From: Armatimonadota bacterium
GTDB lineage: Bacteria > Armatimonadota > SYMT01
Direction: 5' to 3'
Assembly: GCA_041690135.1 (NCBI GenBank)
Contig: JAWLHY010000001.1
Span: 960,001 to 1,024,000, forward strand
DNA: 64,000 nt
Positions 1 through 9,371 of this stretch are shown here, piece after piece; position 1 is the first letter of the stretch; every line of letters begins with the position of its first letter. The translations under genes were made by a program, and so were the position numbers. A model generated the notes under the pieces. It saw nothing but the letters and a program-made list of their open reading frames with translations. It was not told the origin of the DNA and ran no database searches.

Positions 1-207
1 TGTGCATCTTCTATCCCCGAACCGCCTGGTATATCGGGGTCTGGTTGATGCCTCGAGTTTAGGTAAGGGCGACCAGATCTGCAACTTCGCGTATGCGACG
101 CCGTAAGTTGCGCGCCAGTGCCGTGCCGGCGGAATCTGATGACGAGCGCCCCCGAACTCCGGATAACCTCACTCGCGAGATTCCTAAGCTGGTCCGACGG
201 GCTTTTT

Positions 208-269
208 GTAAATGCTAGATAGGAAGGCCCGCCGGATACGTCCGGCGGGCCTTCCTATCTAGCATTTAC
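208..269. repeat. Perfect 29-bp inverted repeat with 4-nt loop downstream of tRNA-Val (possible terminator/processing hairpin)
   Basis: GTAAATGCTAGATAGGAAGGCCCGCCGGA (208-236) - TACG - exact reverse complement (241-269). Confidence 0.85.
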
Positions 270-283
270 GCACGATTTCAAGA

Positions 284-355
284 TGGGCGGTGAGGGACTT
301 GAACCCCCGACAGCCTGTGTGTAAGACAGGTGCTCTACCACTGAGCTAACCGCCC
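284..355 (-). tRNA. tRNA-Val (anticodon TAC), CCA not encoded
   Basis: Minus strand GGGCGGTTAGCTCAGTGGTAGAGCACCTGTCTTACACACAGGCTGTCGGGGGTTCAAGTCCCTCACCGCCCA: acceptor stem GGGCGGT/ACCGCCC, anticodon arm CCTGT-CTTACAC-ACAGG, T-loop GTTCAAGTC. Confidence 0.97.
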
Positions 356-365
356 CTGCACCGCA

Positions 366-374
366 AGTATACCA
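366..374 (-). promoter_or_regulatory. Extended -10 promoter for tRNA-Val
   Basis: Minus strand TGgTATACT about 10 nt upstream of the tRNA 5' end. Confidence 0.55.
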
Positions 375-394
375 CGAGCGCACCGCCATGGATA

Positions 395-1861
395 GTGCGG
401 ATCGTTCCAGGCCAGGACACTACAGGTCCCAACGCGTTTGGTGCGCAGGACGTTACTGTCGGCCCCGCTAACTCGTCATTTCCACCAGGGGCGACGGACC
501 TCCATAGAATCTGGAAGGCAGGGCATGCAGGCACAAGGAACCAGGGGAAACGGCGGCGCTGGCTTGTGCCCACGGTGACCCTGCTTTCGGTTGGGATCCT
601 CTGTGCGGTTGCGGTCCTGATGCGCCAGCCTTGGCGGCAGGTATGGGTCTTCCCTAGCGGTCGGGTTCTCGGTCTGGAAGGAGTGACCTTCACACACGGG
701 CACCAGCATCAACGGGCTGTGGGGCAGTGGTGGCAGAAGGCGCTGGGGCCGCTCCTCCCGCCGGAACTGCGACCACGCGAGATCACCGTCGGCGCGCCCA
801 GCGGACCTAATCGATCCAGCCTCATCTTCTGGTTTTCCATACAGAAGGAGGCGCGCCCGTTGCCCCGAAGTGCGCAGGCCGCGCAACTCCGGCTTGCTAG
901 CGAACCCTATCCCTGTGCCGAAGCGACGGATGAGACCGGAGATACCGTGGGGCCACAGAGTGGCGCCAGGCTCAACGCCTTGCGACAGGAAGGGGCCTAC
1001 ATCATTCCCGTTGAGGTGTTTCCTCGACGGGGTCGGGAGGTGAGACTGCGGTTCAATCGTCGAGACCGGAACTTGCCGGCCGTAGAATTTCGAATTCCCA
1101 ACCCGGTGCCTGATCCGTATCCGGTCTGGAGACCGGAGGCTTTCCCCATCCACCGAAGGACGGACGACTTCAGCTGTACCCTTACGAGCCTGGTCACAGG
1201 CCTGGGGGACATCGAGTCCAACGAGCGGGCCGTACCAGGAGTCCCCCCGCTCACCCGGGCAACTTTCCGAATGCGACGCGGGACCCTTGCGACCCGTGAG
1301 TGGGAGCCGGTGGGCGTGACTCTCTCCGATGCCACGGGTAATGTGCTGTCTTTCGAAGATGAGGCTCTCATCCGCCGAGGTAACGAGCAGAGTCTTTACT
1401 TCCGGGGCGCATTATCTCTTCGGGAGGCGGCCTGGAAGTTGCGGGTAGAGCTCTCTCGAACGGCGACCGCATCCTTCTCTCCGGAGGAGTCCTGGACGGT
1501 GCGCGGTGTTGCCGTACCCGCCGCGCGACAATCCACGCCTTCCGGCGAGGTCGTCACCCGCAAAGGCGTGCGGGTCCGCTTCCTGGAGTTGGCCGGCACG
1601 GACCGGGCCTGGTACAAGCCGCGCGTCCGCTTGACGGTGGAGGGCCGGATGGACGACCTCCGGCTCACCGTCCGCGCCCGCGACCAGAAGGGTCGGGTCT
1701 ACGCGGGGTACGGAACCTCGACCCATGGTCGCCAGCAACTCCGGAAGACGCGGTGCGACTACTTCCTCAACCTGCCGCCCGATGCCCGCGTGCTCGATCT
1801 CACCTTCGCCGTTCACCGCAGCCGCTACGTCGAATTCCTCGCCCGCCCCACCCCTCCGTAG
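395..1861 (+). CDS. Hypothetical membrane-anchored/exported protein (true start probably downstream of 395)
   Basis: 488-codon ORF; basic-then-hydrophobic segment RRRWLVPTVTLLSVGILCAVAVL; beta-rich remainder; no family recognised. Confidence 0.7.
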   Translation: MRIVPGQDTTGPNAFGAQDVTVGPANSSFPPGATDLHRIWKAGHAGTRNQGKRRRWLVPTVTLLSVGILCAVAVLMRQPWRQVWVFPSGRVLGLEGVTFTHGHQHQRAVGQWWQKALGPLLPPELRPREITVGAPSGPNRSSLIFWFSIQKEARPLPRSAQAAQLRLASEPYPCAEATDETGDTVGPQSGARLNALRQEGAYIIPVEVFPRRGREVRLRFNRRDRNLPAVEFRIPNPVPDPYPVWRPEAFPIHRRTDDFSCTLTSLVTGLGDIESNERAVPGVPPLTRATFRMRRGTLATREWEPVGVTLSDATGNVLSFEDEALIRRGNEQSLYFRGALSLREAAWKLRVELSRTATASFSPEESWTVRGVAVPAARQSTPSGEVVTRKGVRVRFLELAGTDRAWYKPRVRLTVEGRMDDLRLTVRARDQKGRVYAGYGTSTHGRQQLRKTRCDYFLNLPPDARVLDLTFAVHRSRYVEFLARPTPP

Positions 1862-1992
1862 CAGCTTGCCCTGCGTTAGACACTTCGCTGTCTGCCGAAG
1901 CTGCGAGTGGAAGTTCTCCCGAACGGGCGCCCGTCATCTCCTTTGCGGCCCTCTCCGCGTCCTCTGCGTCTCTGCGGTGAGTCGGTCCGGAA

Positions 1993-2700
1993 TCACAGGT
2001 GTGTTTGCCGGGGGAGGGTGGGTTCCGGCAGCACGTCGCCGCGGTGGGCGAGATGACCGGCTTCGGCGACGGGGCGCACGGGTGGGTGCTCGGCCAGGCG
2101 GCGCAATCGTTTGGGGGCACAATGGCGCCAGCGGATGCGGAACCGCTCTCCAATTAGCTTGAACCCGAGCCAACTCCACCAGTTGGGAAACTGGCCCAGC
2201 CGCCAGCGTGCCTGGAGGGTGAACCGTACGTCTCCGGTCTCATGGTCTTTGGTCAGTAGGAACCATTCCATCCCCTGCTCGATGTGACCATCCAGGGTGT
2301 CATAGCGATAGCCGAAGACCGTCCCCTCGGCACAGGTCTCCTCCCGCACGGCCGTTACGCGTGCCCCGCACAGGTAGCGGAGGCCGAACACCTTGATCTC
2401 CAGCAGGATGTTCCGCTGTCCCAGCGGCACGTTCGGGTCGAAGTGGCCTTCCACGATGCGGGGGTCGGAGAAGTCGTAGTTCACCAGGCCGAGCCGGGCT
2501 CGCTCGAACAGGCCGTCCGGCACCGGAGGGCCGGGCGGCTCGCGGCCGAGGACCTCCTCGATGCCGTCCACCGTCCAGCCGTTTTCCGGGATCATCGCCG
2601 CGGGATCCGCGTCGAAGCTGATCTCCTTACCGGCGAGACCCGCCAGCGTCCGCTTCAGGAATGTCTCCGACCAGCCCTGCCCGTACCGCCACACCGCCAT
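1993..2700 (-). CDS. DUF1990 family protein
   Basis: Motifs YDFSDPRIV and FGYRYDTLDGHIEQGMEWF typical of DUF1990; SD-like GGGAGG upstream. Confidence 0.75.
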   Translation of the reverse strand: MAVWRYGQGWSETFLKRTLAGLAGKEISFDADPAAMIPENGWTVDGIEEVLGREPPGPPVPDGLFERARLGLVNYDFSDPRIVEGHFDPNVPLGQRNILLEIKVFGLRYLCGARVTAVREETCAEGTVFGYRYDTLDGHIEQGMEWFLLTKDHETGDVRFTLQARWRLGQFPNWWSWLGFKLIGERFRIRWRHCAPKRLRRLAEHPPVRPVAEAGHLAHRGDVLPEPTLPRQTHL

Positions 2701-2742
2701 CGTCCGCTCTTGCCTCCCGTCCGTTCCACCAACCGGCCCGTA

Positions 2743-2768
2743 TTACCCGCGGCTGCCACCGATGGAAC
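2743..2768 (-). promoter_or_regulatory. SigB/SigF-like promoter for DUF1990 gene
   Basis: Minus strand GTTCCA-N14-GGGTAA. Confidence 0.45.
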
Positions 2769-2778
2769 CCCGAACCGA

Positions 2779-3504
2779 TCAGACCTCGCGCACTACCCAG
2801 ACATTGCGGAAGCGCACCCGATTGCCATGGTCTTGCAGCAGCAGGGGGCCGGGCTTGGTGAAGTCGCCCGGGAGGCCGGAGGTGGTGACCTTGGCTTCGA
2901 AGGCCTGGTTCTGGTGGATGAGGTAGCCGTTCAGGTAAACGGTGACGCTGCCCTTCTGCGTGGTCGTCTTCCCGTCCGGGCCGACTTTCGGCGCGCGGAA
3001 GAAGATGTCGTACGACTGCCACTGCTCCGGTCGCTTGCAGGCGTTCCCCATCGGAGCGTTGATGCTGTAGAGGCCGCCGCAGTCACTCATGGTCGGGTTG
3101 GCCAGGCCATGGGAGTCGAGGACCTGCAGTTCGTAGCGCCCCTGGATGTACACCCCGCTGTTGGAGCGGGTCTGGCCCCGGGCTTCCGGCATGTGGGGCA
3201 GCCAGAACTCCACGTGGGTCCAGGAGTCGCCGAAGCCCTCCCGGGAGATGATGTCGCCGTTGCCCGGCGCCACCTCCATATAGCCGTTCTCTACCTTCCA
3301 CCCGGCCGGCTTGCCGTCTTTGCGATTGACCCATCGGGAAAGGTCTTTCCCGTCGAACAGCACCACGGCCCCTGTCGGCGCGGGGCTCATCGGCATGTCT
3401 TCGTTATCCGCCAGTTGCGACCAGGCCGGCCGGCCGGATACCAGGGCCGTCAGCGCCGGGCCGCACAAGGCCGCGCTCGCGGCCAGGAAGTCGCGTCGCT
3501 TCAT
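2779..3504 (-). CDS. DUF1080 (3-keto-disaccharide hydrolase-like) protein with Tat signal
   Basis: KRRDFL twin-arginine signal; LFDGKDL, NSGVYIQGRYELQVLDS, LLQDHGNRVRFRNVW motifs. Confidence 0.9.
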   Translation of the reverse strand: MKRRDFLAASAALCGPALTALVSGRPAWSQLADNEDMPMSPAPTGAVVLFDGKDLSRWVNRKDGKPAGWKVENGYMEVAPGNGDIISREGFGDSWTHVEFWLPHMPEARGQTRSNSGVYIQGRYELQVLDSHGLANPTMSDCGGLYSINAPMGNACKRPEQWQSYDIFFRAPKVGPDGKTTTQKGSVTVYLNGYLIHQNQAFEAKVTTSGLPGDFTKPGPLLLQDHGNRVRFRNVWVVREV

Positions 3505-3647
3505 TCTCAATCACTCCCCGGCGGGCTACACCGCCCACCCTCTCACTCGGTTGAGGAGTCGTTCACCGCGATCGTCTCAGATTCCGCCTCGGTGTTGGAA
3601 TGGGGCCCCGCAGGAGGTGGATGAAGACACATTTTCCGTCCCCTGGG

Positions 3648-3672
3648 GTTCGCCCCCACGGCGCATGGGTAA
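3648..3672 (+). promoter_or_regulatory. SigB/SigF-like promoter for APC permease-methyltransferase operon
   Basis: GTTCGC-N13-GGGTAA. Confidence 0.45.
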
Positions 3673-3770
3673 CTGTCGCTCGTCAACGGTGGGGCGCTCT
3701 CCATCGGGAGAGAGCGCCCTGGGACCGGCAGTCGGCCCGGGGATTTGAGCGTGCTCGAGTGGGAGCGGAG

Positions 3771-5117
3771 ATGGAGCAGAACACGGCACAGCCGAACCGT
3801 CATCTATCCGTAGCCGATGCGGTCGCCATGATCGTGGGTGTAGTGGTGGGGGCCGGGATTTTCCGCACTCCCTCGCTGGTGGCGGCCAATGCGGGGAGCG
3901 AGTGGGCCGTCCTTCTATTCTGGGCCGCCGGCGGCGGGATCTCCCTGGTAGGGGCGCTTTGCTATGCCGAACTGGCCTCCGCCTATCCGCATGCCGGCGG
4001 GGACTACCACTACCTGCGCCGGGCGTTCGGGGGCGGCCTGTCGTTCCTGTTCGCCTGGGCGCGCGTGGCGGTGATCCAGACCGGCGCCATTGCCATGCAG
4101 GCCTTCCTCATCGGCGACTACGCCTCGCAGGTCTTCCCATTGGGGGAGTACTCGGCGGCCTGGTATGCCGCCGTGGTCGTGGTGGCGCTCACCGGCGCCA
4201 ACGTGGTGGGTCTCCGTGCCGGTCCGTGGATGCAGAACCTGCTCTCCGGATTGATCCTCTTCGGCCTGGCGGGGATCTGCTTCGTGGGTTTGCTCTGGCA
4301 GCCCGCGCCGCCGGAGGCGCCGTCGGCCGGCACCGTGAGGCCGGAATTTACCGCCGGCATGGCGATGATCTTCGTGCTGCTGACTTACGGCGGCTGGAAC
4401 GAGGCCGCCTACCTCTCCGCCGAGATTCGCGGCCAGCGGGCTGCCATTGCCCGCGCCCTTTTCTGGAGCATCGGCATCATCACTGCCGTCTACCTGCTCA
4501 CCAACCTCGCTTTCCTGCGCGTGCTGGGAGTGGGGGCGATGTCCGGCTCGGAGGCCGTGGCGGCGGATGCCATGCGACGCATTGCCGGCGAAGAGGGGGC
4601 TCGCGCCGTCAGCCTGCTGATCGTGGTGGCTGCGTTGAGCACCATCAACGCGACGATCTTCACCGGAGCCCGCACCAACGTCGCTTTTGGCCAGGACTTC
4701 CCTACCTTGCGTGCGCTGGGCACCTGGCACACCCGCGCCAGTACTCCAGCCAATGCGTTGTGGGCGCAGGGGGCCGTGACTCTGGTGTTAATCTTCCTCG
4801 GCGCCTTCACCCGCGACGGGTTCGCCACGATGGTGGAGTACACCGCGCCGGTTTTCTGGTTTTTCCTCTTGATGGCGGGGGTCTCGCTGTTCGTCCTCCG
4901 CCGTCGAGACCCGCACACGCCTCGTCCCTTTTCGGTGCCGGGGTACCCGTTCACACCCGTGCTGTTTTGCCTGGTGTGTTTCTACATGCTCCGCGCCAGC
5001 ATCGCCTACACCGGGGTCGGCGCCCTGGTGGGGGTGCTCGTGCTGCTGCTGGGCATACCGCTCTACCTGGCGGCTCGCACTACCGCGCCCGTGCGGCGCC
5101 GGGCCGCGGGGAGTTAA
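3771..5117 (+). CDS. APC-superfamily amino acid permease
   Basis: ATG at 3771 after purine-rich SD; GVVVGAGIF, CYAELASAYPHAGGDYHYL, TYGGWNEAAY motifs; many hydrophobic TM segments. Confidence 0.93.
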   Translation: MEQNTAQPNRHLSVADAVAMIVGVVVGAGIFRTPSLVAANAGSEWAVLLFWAAGGGISLVGALCYAELASAYPHAGGDYHYLRRAFGGGLSFLFAWARVAVIQTGAIAMQAFLIGDYASQVFPLGEYSAAWYAAVVVVALTGANVVGLRAGPWMQNLLSGLILFGLAGICFVGLLWQPAPPEAPSAGTVRPEFTAGMAMIFVLLTYGGWNEAAYLSAEIRGQRAAIARALFWSIGIITAVYLLTNLAFLRVLGVGAMSGSEAVAADAMRRIAGEEGARAVSLLIVVAALSTINATIFTGARTNVAFGQDFPTLRALGTWHTRASTPANALWAQGAVTLVLIFLGAFTRDGFATMVEYTAPVFWFFLLMAGVSLFVLRRRDPHTPRPFSVPGYPFTPVLFCLVCFYMLRASIAYTGVGALVGVLVLLLGIPLYLAARTTAPVRRRAAGS

Positions 5118-5143
5118 CCGTTCATAGCATAAGGACCTATCTG

Positions 5144-6019
5144 ATGAATATTCGACATCCATTCATTCCGCTGCTCGCGTTGTTCGGATTGGCGACGGCA
5201 TCTTGCTCCCCGAGTGCCGGGATCGGGCGCCAGGCTACCGTGCTCGCGGAGGACGCGCAGGCCGCCGTCCGCCGGGACGTGCCCTACGTTCCCACACACC
5301 AGAGTGTCGTCAACCGGATGCTGCAGATGGGCCAGGTCGGTGAGGGGGATCTACTCTACGATCTGGGTTGCGGCGACGGCCGCATCGTGATAACGGCCGC
5401 CCGAGACTACGGCGCTCGTGGGGTGGGCGTGGATATCGATCCCCGCCGCATTCGGGAAAGCAACGCCAACGCTCGGGAGGCCGGGGTGACCGATCGGGTG
5501 AGATTCTACCAGCGGGACCTTTTCCAGGTGGACCTCCAGGACGCCGACGTGGTCACGCTCTACCTCCTCCCTTCCGTGAACCTGCGGCTGCGCCCGAAGC
5601 TCCTCAACGAGCTGCGGCCCGGCACGCGCGTGGTCTCGCACGACTTCCACATGGAAGACTGGGAGCCGGACCAGTCGGTGGAGGTGAAGTCCCCCACCCG
5701 GACCCACAACCTTTACATGTGGATTATTCCCGCCGACGCAGAAGGCGCCTGGCAGGGCCGGAACGGTGCGGGATTGCAACTGGATCAGAACTTCCAGAAG
5801 GTGGAAGGCCGCGTCCGGATCAACGGCCGGGAGATTCCCATCTCGGAAGGCGAACTGGAAGGTCGCACGCTGCGGTTTACGGCCGTGCCCGGTGCGAGCG
5901 GAACGCCGGAGATGCTGCGCTTTGAGGGGGTAGTGAACGGCAGCGAAATCCGGGGTACGCTCCACCGCCAGGGCGGCGCGAACCCCGGTACGCAGGAGTG
6001 GGTGCTCCGCAAAGGGTAG
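5144..6019 (+). CDS. Class I SAM-dependent methyltransferase with N-terminal signal/lipoprotein peptide and C-terminal beta domain
   Basis: 3' part of ORF 3902..6019; ATG 5144 after AAGGA; LLALFGLATASC signal; DVPYVPT, YDLGCGDGRIV, GVGVDID, RVVSHDF motifs. Confidence 0.88.
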   Translation: MNIRHPFIPLLALFGLATASCSPSAGIGRQATVLAEDAQAAVRRDVPYVPTHQSVVNRMLQMGQVGEGDLLYDLGCGDGRIVITAARDYGARGVGVDIDPRRIRESNANAREAGVTDRVRFYQRDLFQVDLQDADVVTLYLLPSVNLRLRPKLLNELRPGTRVVSHDFHMEDWEPDQSVEVKSPTRTHNLYMWIIPADAEGAWQGRNGAGLQLDQNFQKVEGRVRINGREIPISEGELEGRTLRFTAVPGASGTPEMLRFEGVVNGSEIRGTLHRQGGANPGTQEWVLRKG

Positions 6020-6042
6020 CCACTGATCCGCGGCTTGAACCC

Positions 6043-6084
6043 ACGTTGCAGCCGGACGACTTTCGTCACGTCCGGCTGCAACGT
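6043..6084. terminator. 16-bp perfect hairpin between convergent genes (bidirectional terminator or REP-like)
   Basis: ACGTTGCAGCCGGACG-N10-CGTCCGGCTGCAACGT. Confidence 0.65.
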
Positions 6085-7122
6085 TCACCGGTGCGGTCGC
6101 GCGTGCGGCGGCGGCGCGTACCCTACACGCCCGATGAGGGGAACCCGCAGCACCGGCCGGGAGAGCGAATCGCTCCGGAGGATCAACGTCTCGTAGTAGA
6201 ACCGCTTGTCTTCCGGAGTAAAGGAGACCTCGATCGCGACCGATTCGCCGGGGCCGAGCGACGGCGGAGCGCCGCTTGCGGAAACCGCGAAGGGTGACGG
6301 CGGCGTCTCCGCGGTGAGGGTGACGGTGTTGCCACGTGTGTTCGTCACGGTCAAGATGCGGGTCTGCGTTTCCCCCACCCGCGCCTGGTAGAACTCCAGC
6401 ACGGGTGGTTCGACATGGAACTGCCGGGGATAGCTGGTCACGTCGAGACTTAGGGCTCCGACGGTCTGCTTTTCTCCGTTGAAGATAGCCTCCTGGAGGT
6501 AGCCGTCGCCGTTCGCCACCAGGTCCAGCGCGGCTTCCCGACCGCCAAACGAGAGGACCAGGCCGTTGTAGCCTCGCAGTCGCTTGGGGCTGGGAACTTC
6601 CAGGTTCTCCAGCGGGATCGGGGCGGAGGCGGGGTATTCGCCGCGGGTCGCCCGCCCGCGGATATGAACGGTCAACTGGGTGGCGTTCCAGCGCAGCGCC
6701 ACCACCAGCGTCTCCACCCCCACCTTCTCCTTATCGCGGGTCTGGAACACGAACCGGGCGGCGCGTCGCCCGCGGCGATAGCGACGGTCTTCCCCCAACC
6801 GGGCCTGAAAACAGGCGCCCACGCGCGGATCATCCCCAAAGCAAAGGAAGAACTCCGTGCGGCGGTCGAACTCGCGGATATCCACGCCGGCCAGCGGCAC
6901 CACCACCTTGCCGGCGATGGACCCCGTCCAGCGGCTCTCCCCCAGCAGGATCCCGGTCTCACGTTCGATCCGCTCGTGGATCCGGCCGTCGAGCTGCTGC
7001 GTGAAGCGTGCATACGGCTCGAAAGAACCGGCCGACGCGGGCTGCAACGCCTCCGGCAGAAGGAGGGAGGCCCACAGGCACCCCGCGGATATCAGAAACT
7101 GTCGACGCGCTACCACCAGCAA
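6085..7122 (-). CDS. Exported protein with C-terminal Ig-like (ASH/choice-of-anchor D-like) domain
   Basis: ARRQFL Tat-like signal; C-terminal LTVTNT...PFAV...LGPGESVAIEVSFTP...LILRSD...VPLIG pattern. Confidence 0.7.
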   Translation of the reverse strand: MLVVARRQFLISAGCLWASLLLPEALQPASAGSFEPYARFTQQLDGRIHERIERETGILLGESRWTGSIAGKVVVPLAGVDIREFDRRTEFFLCFGDDPRVGACFQARLGEDRRYRRGRRAARFVFQTRDKEKVGVETLVVALRWNATQLTVHIRGRATRGEYPASAPIPLENLEVPSPKRLRGYNGLVLSFGGREAALDLVANGDGYLQEAIFNGEKQTVGALSLDVTSYPRQFHVEPPVLEFYQARVGETQTRILTVTNTRGNTVTLTAETPPSPFAVSASGAPPSLGPGESVAIEVSFTPEDKRFYYETLILRSDSLSRPVLRVPLIGRVGYAPPPHARPHR

Positions 7123-7278
7123 AACCCCTCCCGCCCGGAGAACAGCCGACCGGACGGTATCTCATTCCGCCACTACTCCCGCTAAGCCCTCCATTCCTTC
7201 AGACCCTGTTTGGCAGGAGGTCGGTCGAACTCCCCTCCCGTATCATGAGCATGGTGGCCGCGAAACCGTGAAAGGGAA

Positions 7279-7968
7279 ATGCGCATGCTGCGAGAGATAG
7301 CTCCCGGAGAGGTGTGGGCAGCCGACATGCCGGTCTCCAAGGGCGGGTTCGACTTTGGCGCCCGGATGACGGTCGTCCGTCTCCCCCAGGGTGAGTTGTG
7401 GGTCCACTCCCCCATCGCCCTCGATCCGAACCTCAAGACCGCGCTCGCGGTGCTGGGTCCCGTACGCCACATCGTGGCGCCGGGTCGCTTCCACTACGAA
7501 CACCTGGCGGAGTTCGCCCAGGCCTACCCAGAGGCGCGCCTGTATTGCTCCCCCGGCCTCGCCGGTAAGCTAAAGGTCGAGCGTCCCCCGAAGGTCCTGA
7601 CCTCCCATCCCGAGCCGGACTGGCAGGGCGTGCTCGACCAGTCGCCCTTCCGCGGCAGTCCGCTCTATGAGGAGGTCGATTTCTTCCACCCCGCCACCGG
7701 CACCCTCATCGTCACCGACCTGCTCTTCAACATCCCTCAGGAAAAGGCCAGGCCCTCGACGCGTTTCTGGTCGACCGTCTGGGGGATCACCGGCGGTGTT
7801 AGCCCGTCCCGGAGCTTCCGATTCTTCGCCTGGGACCGGCAGGCCGTCCGCGAGTCGATCGAACGGATCGACACCTGGGAGTTCGACCGGATCATCCTCT
7901 CCCACGGTGAGATCGTCGAACGGGATGCGAAGAACGCGTTCGAGAAGGCCTTCGCTGCATTTCTCTAG
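7279..7968 (+). CDS. DUF4336 family protein (metallo-beta-lactamase-like fold)
   Basis: RMTVVRL..GELWVHSP, LGPVRHIVAP..FH, EVDFFH..TGTLIVTDL, WEFDRIILSHG. Confidence 0.88.
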   Translation: MRMLREIAPGEVWAADMPVSKGGFDFGARMTVVRLPQGELWVHSPIALDPNLKTALAVLGPVRHIVAPGRFHYEHLAEFAQAYPEARLYCSPGLAGKLKVERPPKVLTSHPEPDWQGVLDQSPFRGSPLYEEVDFFHPATGTLIVTDLLFNIPQEKARPSTRFWSTVWGITGGVSPSRSFRFFAWDRQAVRESIERIDTWEFDRIILSHGEIVERDAKNAFEKAFAAFL

Positions 7969-8000
7969 CGGAATGAAGAACGAACATCTGGGGCTGCTTC

Positions 8001-8029
8001 TGCAACCAACTGCCTGAACAGCGAGTCTA
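8001..8029 (+). promoter_or_regulatory. Possible ECF-sigma promoter for DUF2330 gene
   Basis: TGCAACC-N17-GTCTA. Confidence 0.3.
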
Positions 8030-8041
8030 GTAGGCAGGGGG

Positions 8042-9040
8042 ATGACAATGAGCACCAGATGGATCCGAGCCGGACGGGCTACGGCCGGCCTGTTCATTTT
8101 TGCCCTGGCGCTGGTCGCTGGGGCTTCGCAGGCCTGTATCCACGTGCCCACGGAGTATCGCGAAGCCGTCACCGAGCGGACGAAGCAGGCCCTGCTCTTC
8201 CACGACGGCACGAACGCGCACTTGGTCATCGGCACGCAGGTCGCCGCAGCGAAAAAGCTGCCGGAACACTTCTCCTGGGTACTCCCCCTCCCATCGCTTC
8301 CCAGCCGGTACGCGGAAGCGGATGCCTTCCTCTTTGAGGAGCTGTACCGCGCCACCGAGCCGCCGCGGCCCTCGTTCGGTGGCCTCCGCGGCAAGAACGC
8401 TCCCAAAGCCGGAGCCTTTTCCGGTGGGGTCGGGATCGAGGTCCACACACCGGTGACCGTCGGTCGTTACGAGATCCGGCCGGTGCAGGTGCTCCGCGAG
8501 CGTGCGGGAGACGAACTGAACCGTTGGCTAACCGGCAGCGGCTACGCTCCGGTCCCCGCCAGCATGCAGCAGTACTACCTCCGACCGGGCGCTGTCTTCC
8601 TGGCCGTTAAGGTGCGTAACCCGGGCGGGGAGAACGCAAAGCTAAAGCCGCTCCACATCGTTTACCGGTCCGAGCAGGTGGCTATGCCACTCAAGTTCGC
8701 GGAGAAATCGGGGATCTTCGACGTGCTGCTCTACACCTTTACCCCGCAGCCCCTCCGCCCCACCCACTTCGCCGCCCACAGGGTGATGGGGCTGCCCTCC
8801 GTGTCGATCCGGCCTGGCGGCTCGACCCCGCTTCTGGCCAGGATCACGGGAAACCGGCAGGGCTATCTCACTCGCTTCACCGGCTACCGGTTCAATACTC
8901 CTGGCCGCCTGGTGCGCACCCTGCGGACGGACCCCAGTCTACCGGCGCCACCCACGCGCCTGTCCGGTGGGGCTACCCATTCGGCTAAACATTGGCGGAC
9001 CGCCTCGATCCGCGTGACAAAGCCGCTGGTGATCCGATAA
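8042..9040 (+). CDS. DUF2330 family exported protein
   Basis: Signal peptide ending ASQAC; FSWVLPLPS, VGRYEI, LNRWL..GY, FLAVKV, LKPLHIVY motifs. Confidence 0.8.
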   Translation: MTMSTRWIRAGRATAGLFIFALALVAGASQACIHVPTEYREAVTERTKQALLFHDGTNAHLVIGTQVAAAKKLPEHFSWVLPLPSLPSRYAEADAFLFEELYRATEPPRPSFGGLRGKNAPKAGAFSGGVGIEVHTPVTVGRYEIRPVQVLRERAGDELNRWLTGSGYAPVPASMQQYYLRPGAVFLAVKVRNPGGENAKLKPLHIVYRSEQVAMPLKFAEKSGIFDVLLYTFTPQPLRPTHFAAHRVMGLPSVSIRPGGSTPLLARITGNRQGYLTRFTGYRFNTPGRLVRTLRTDPSLPAPPTRLSGGATHSAKHWRTASIRVTKPLVIR

Positions 9041-9371
9041 GCAGAATTGCCTTGGTTGCCTGTAGGCGTAACCGTTGCGGAACCCCAGCTCCGTAGCGAC
9101 ACCTTCCTTCCAGAACACGGCTCGCCCGCGTCGCTCCCGTCCCGGTGCCGGAAAGGCGGTGCCGGCGATCCAGCCTCCTTCCGCCATACCCTCGACCCGG
9201 GAGCACGGAACGCCCGGCAAGCGCGGCAGAGCGATGGGTACCCCCTCGGTCCAGAGGACCGCCCGCACGCCGATTTCAGGTTCTGTTAAGAAAGGCTGCG
9301 TCTCGTCTAGCGTTCAGAGACTTAAAGGAACAAAAAAGGAGCCCTCGCAGACAAGAGGGAAAGAAGGAAAC

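Noticed and set aside
1-106. Possible 3' end of a gene (frame 2, ending TAA at 104-106)
   Set aside because: Too short to support, with no recognisable motif.
284-1861. Prophage or genomic island at tRNA-Val
   Set aside because: No integrase, phage gene or tRNA 3' duplication inside this window; sequence before position 1 cannot be seen.
3902-5143. 705-aa ORF as a long methyltransferase fusion
   Set aside because: The 5' part is an off-frame overlap of the permease. A good SD and signal peptide place the start at 5144.
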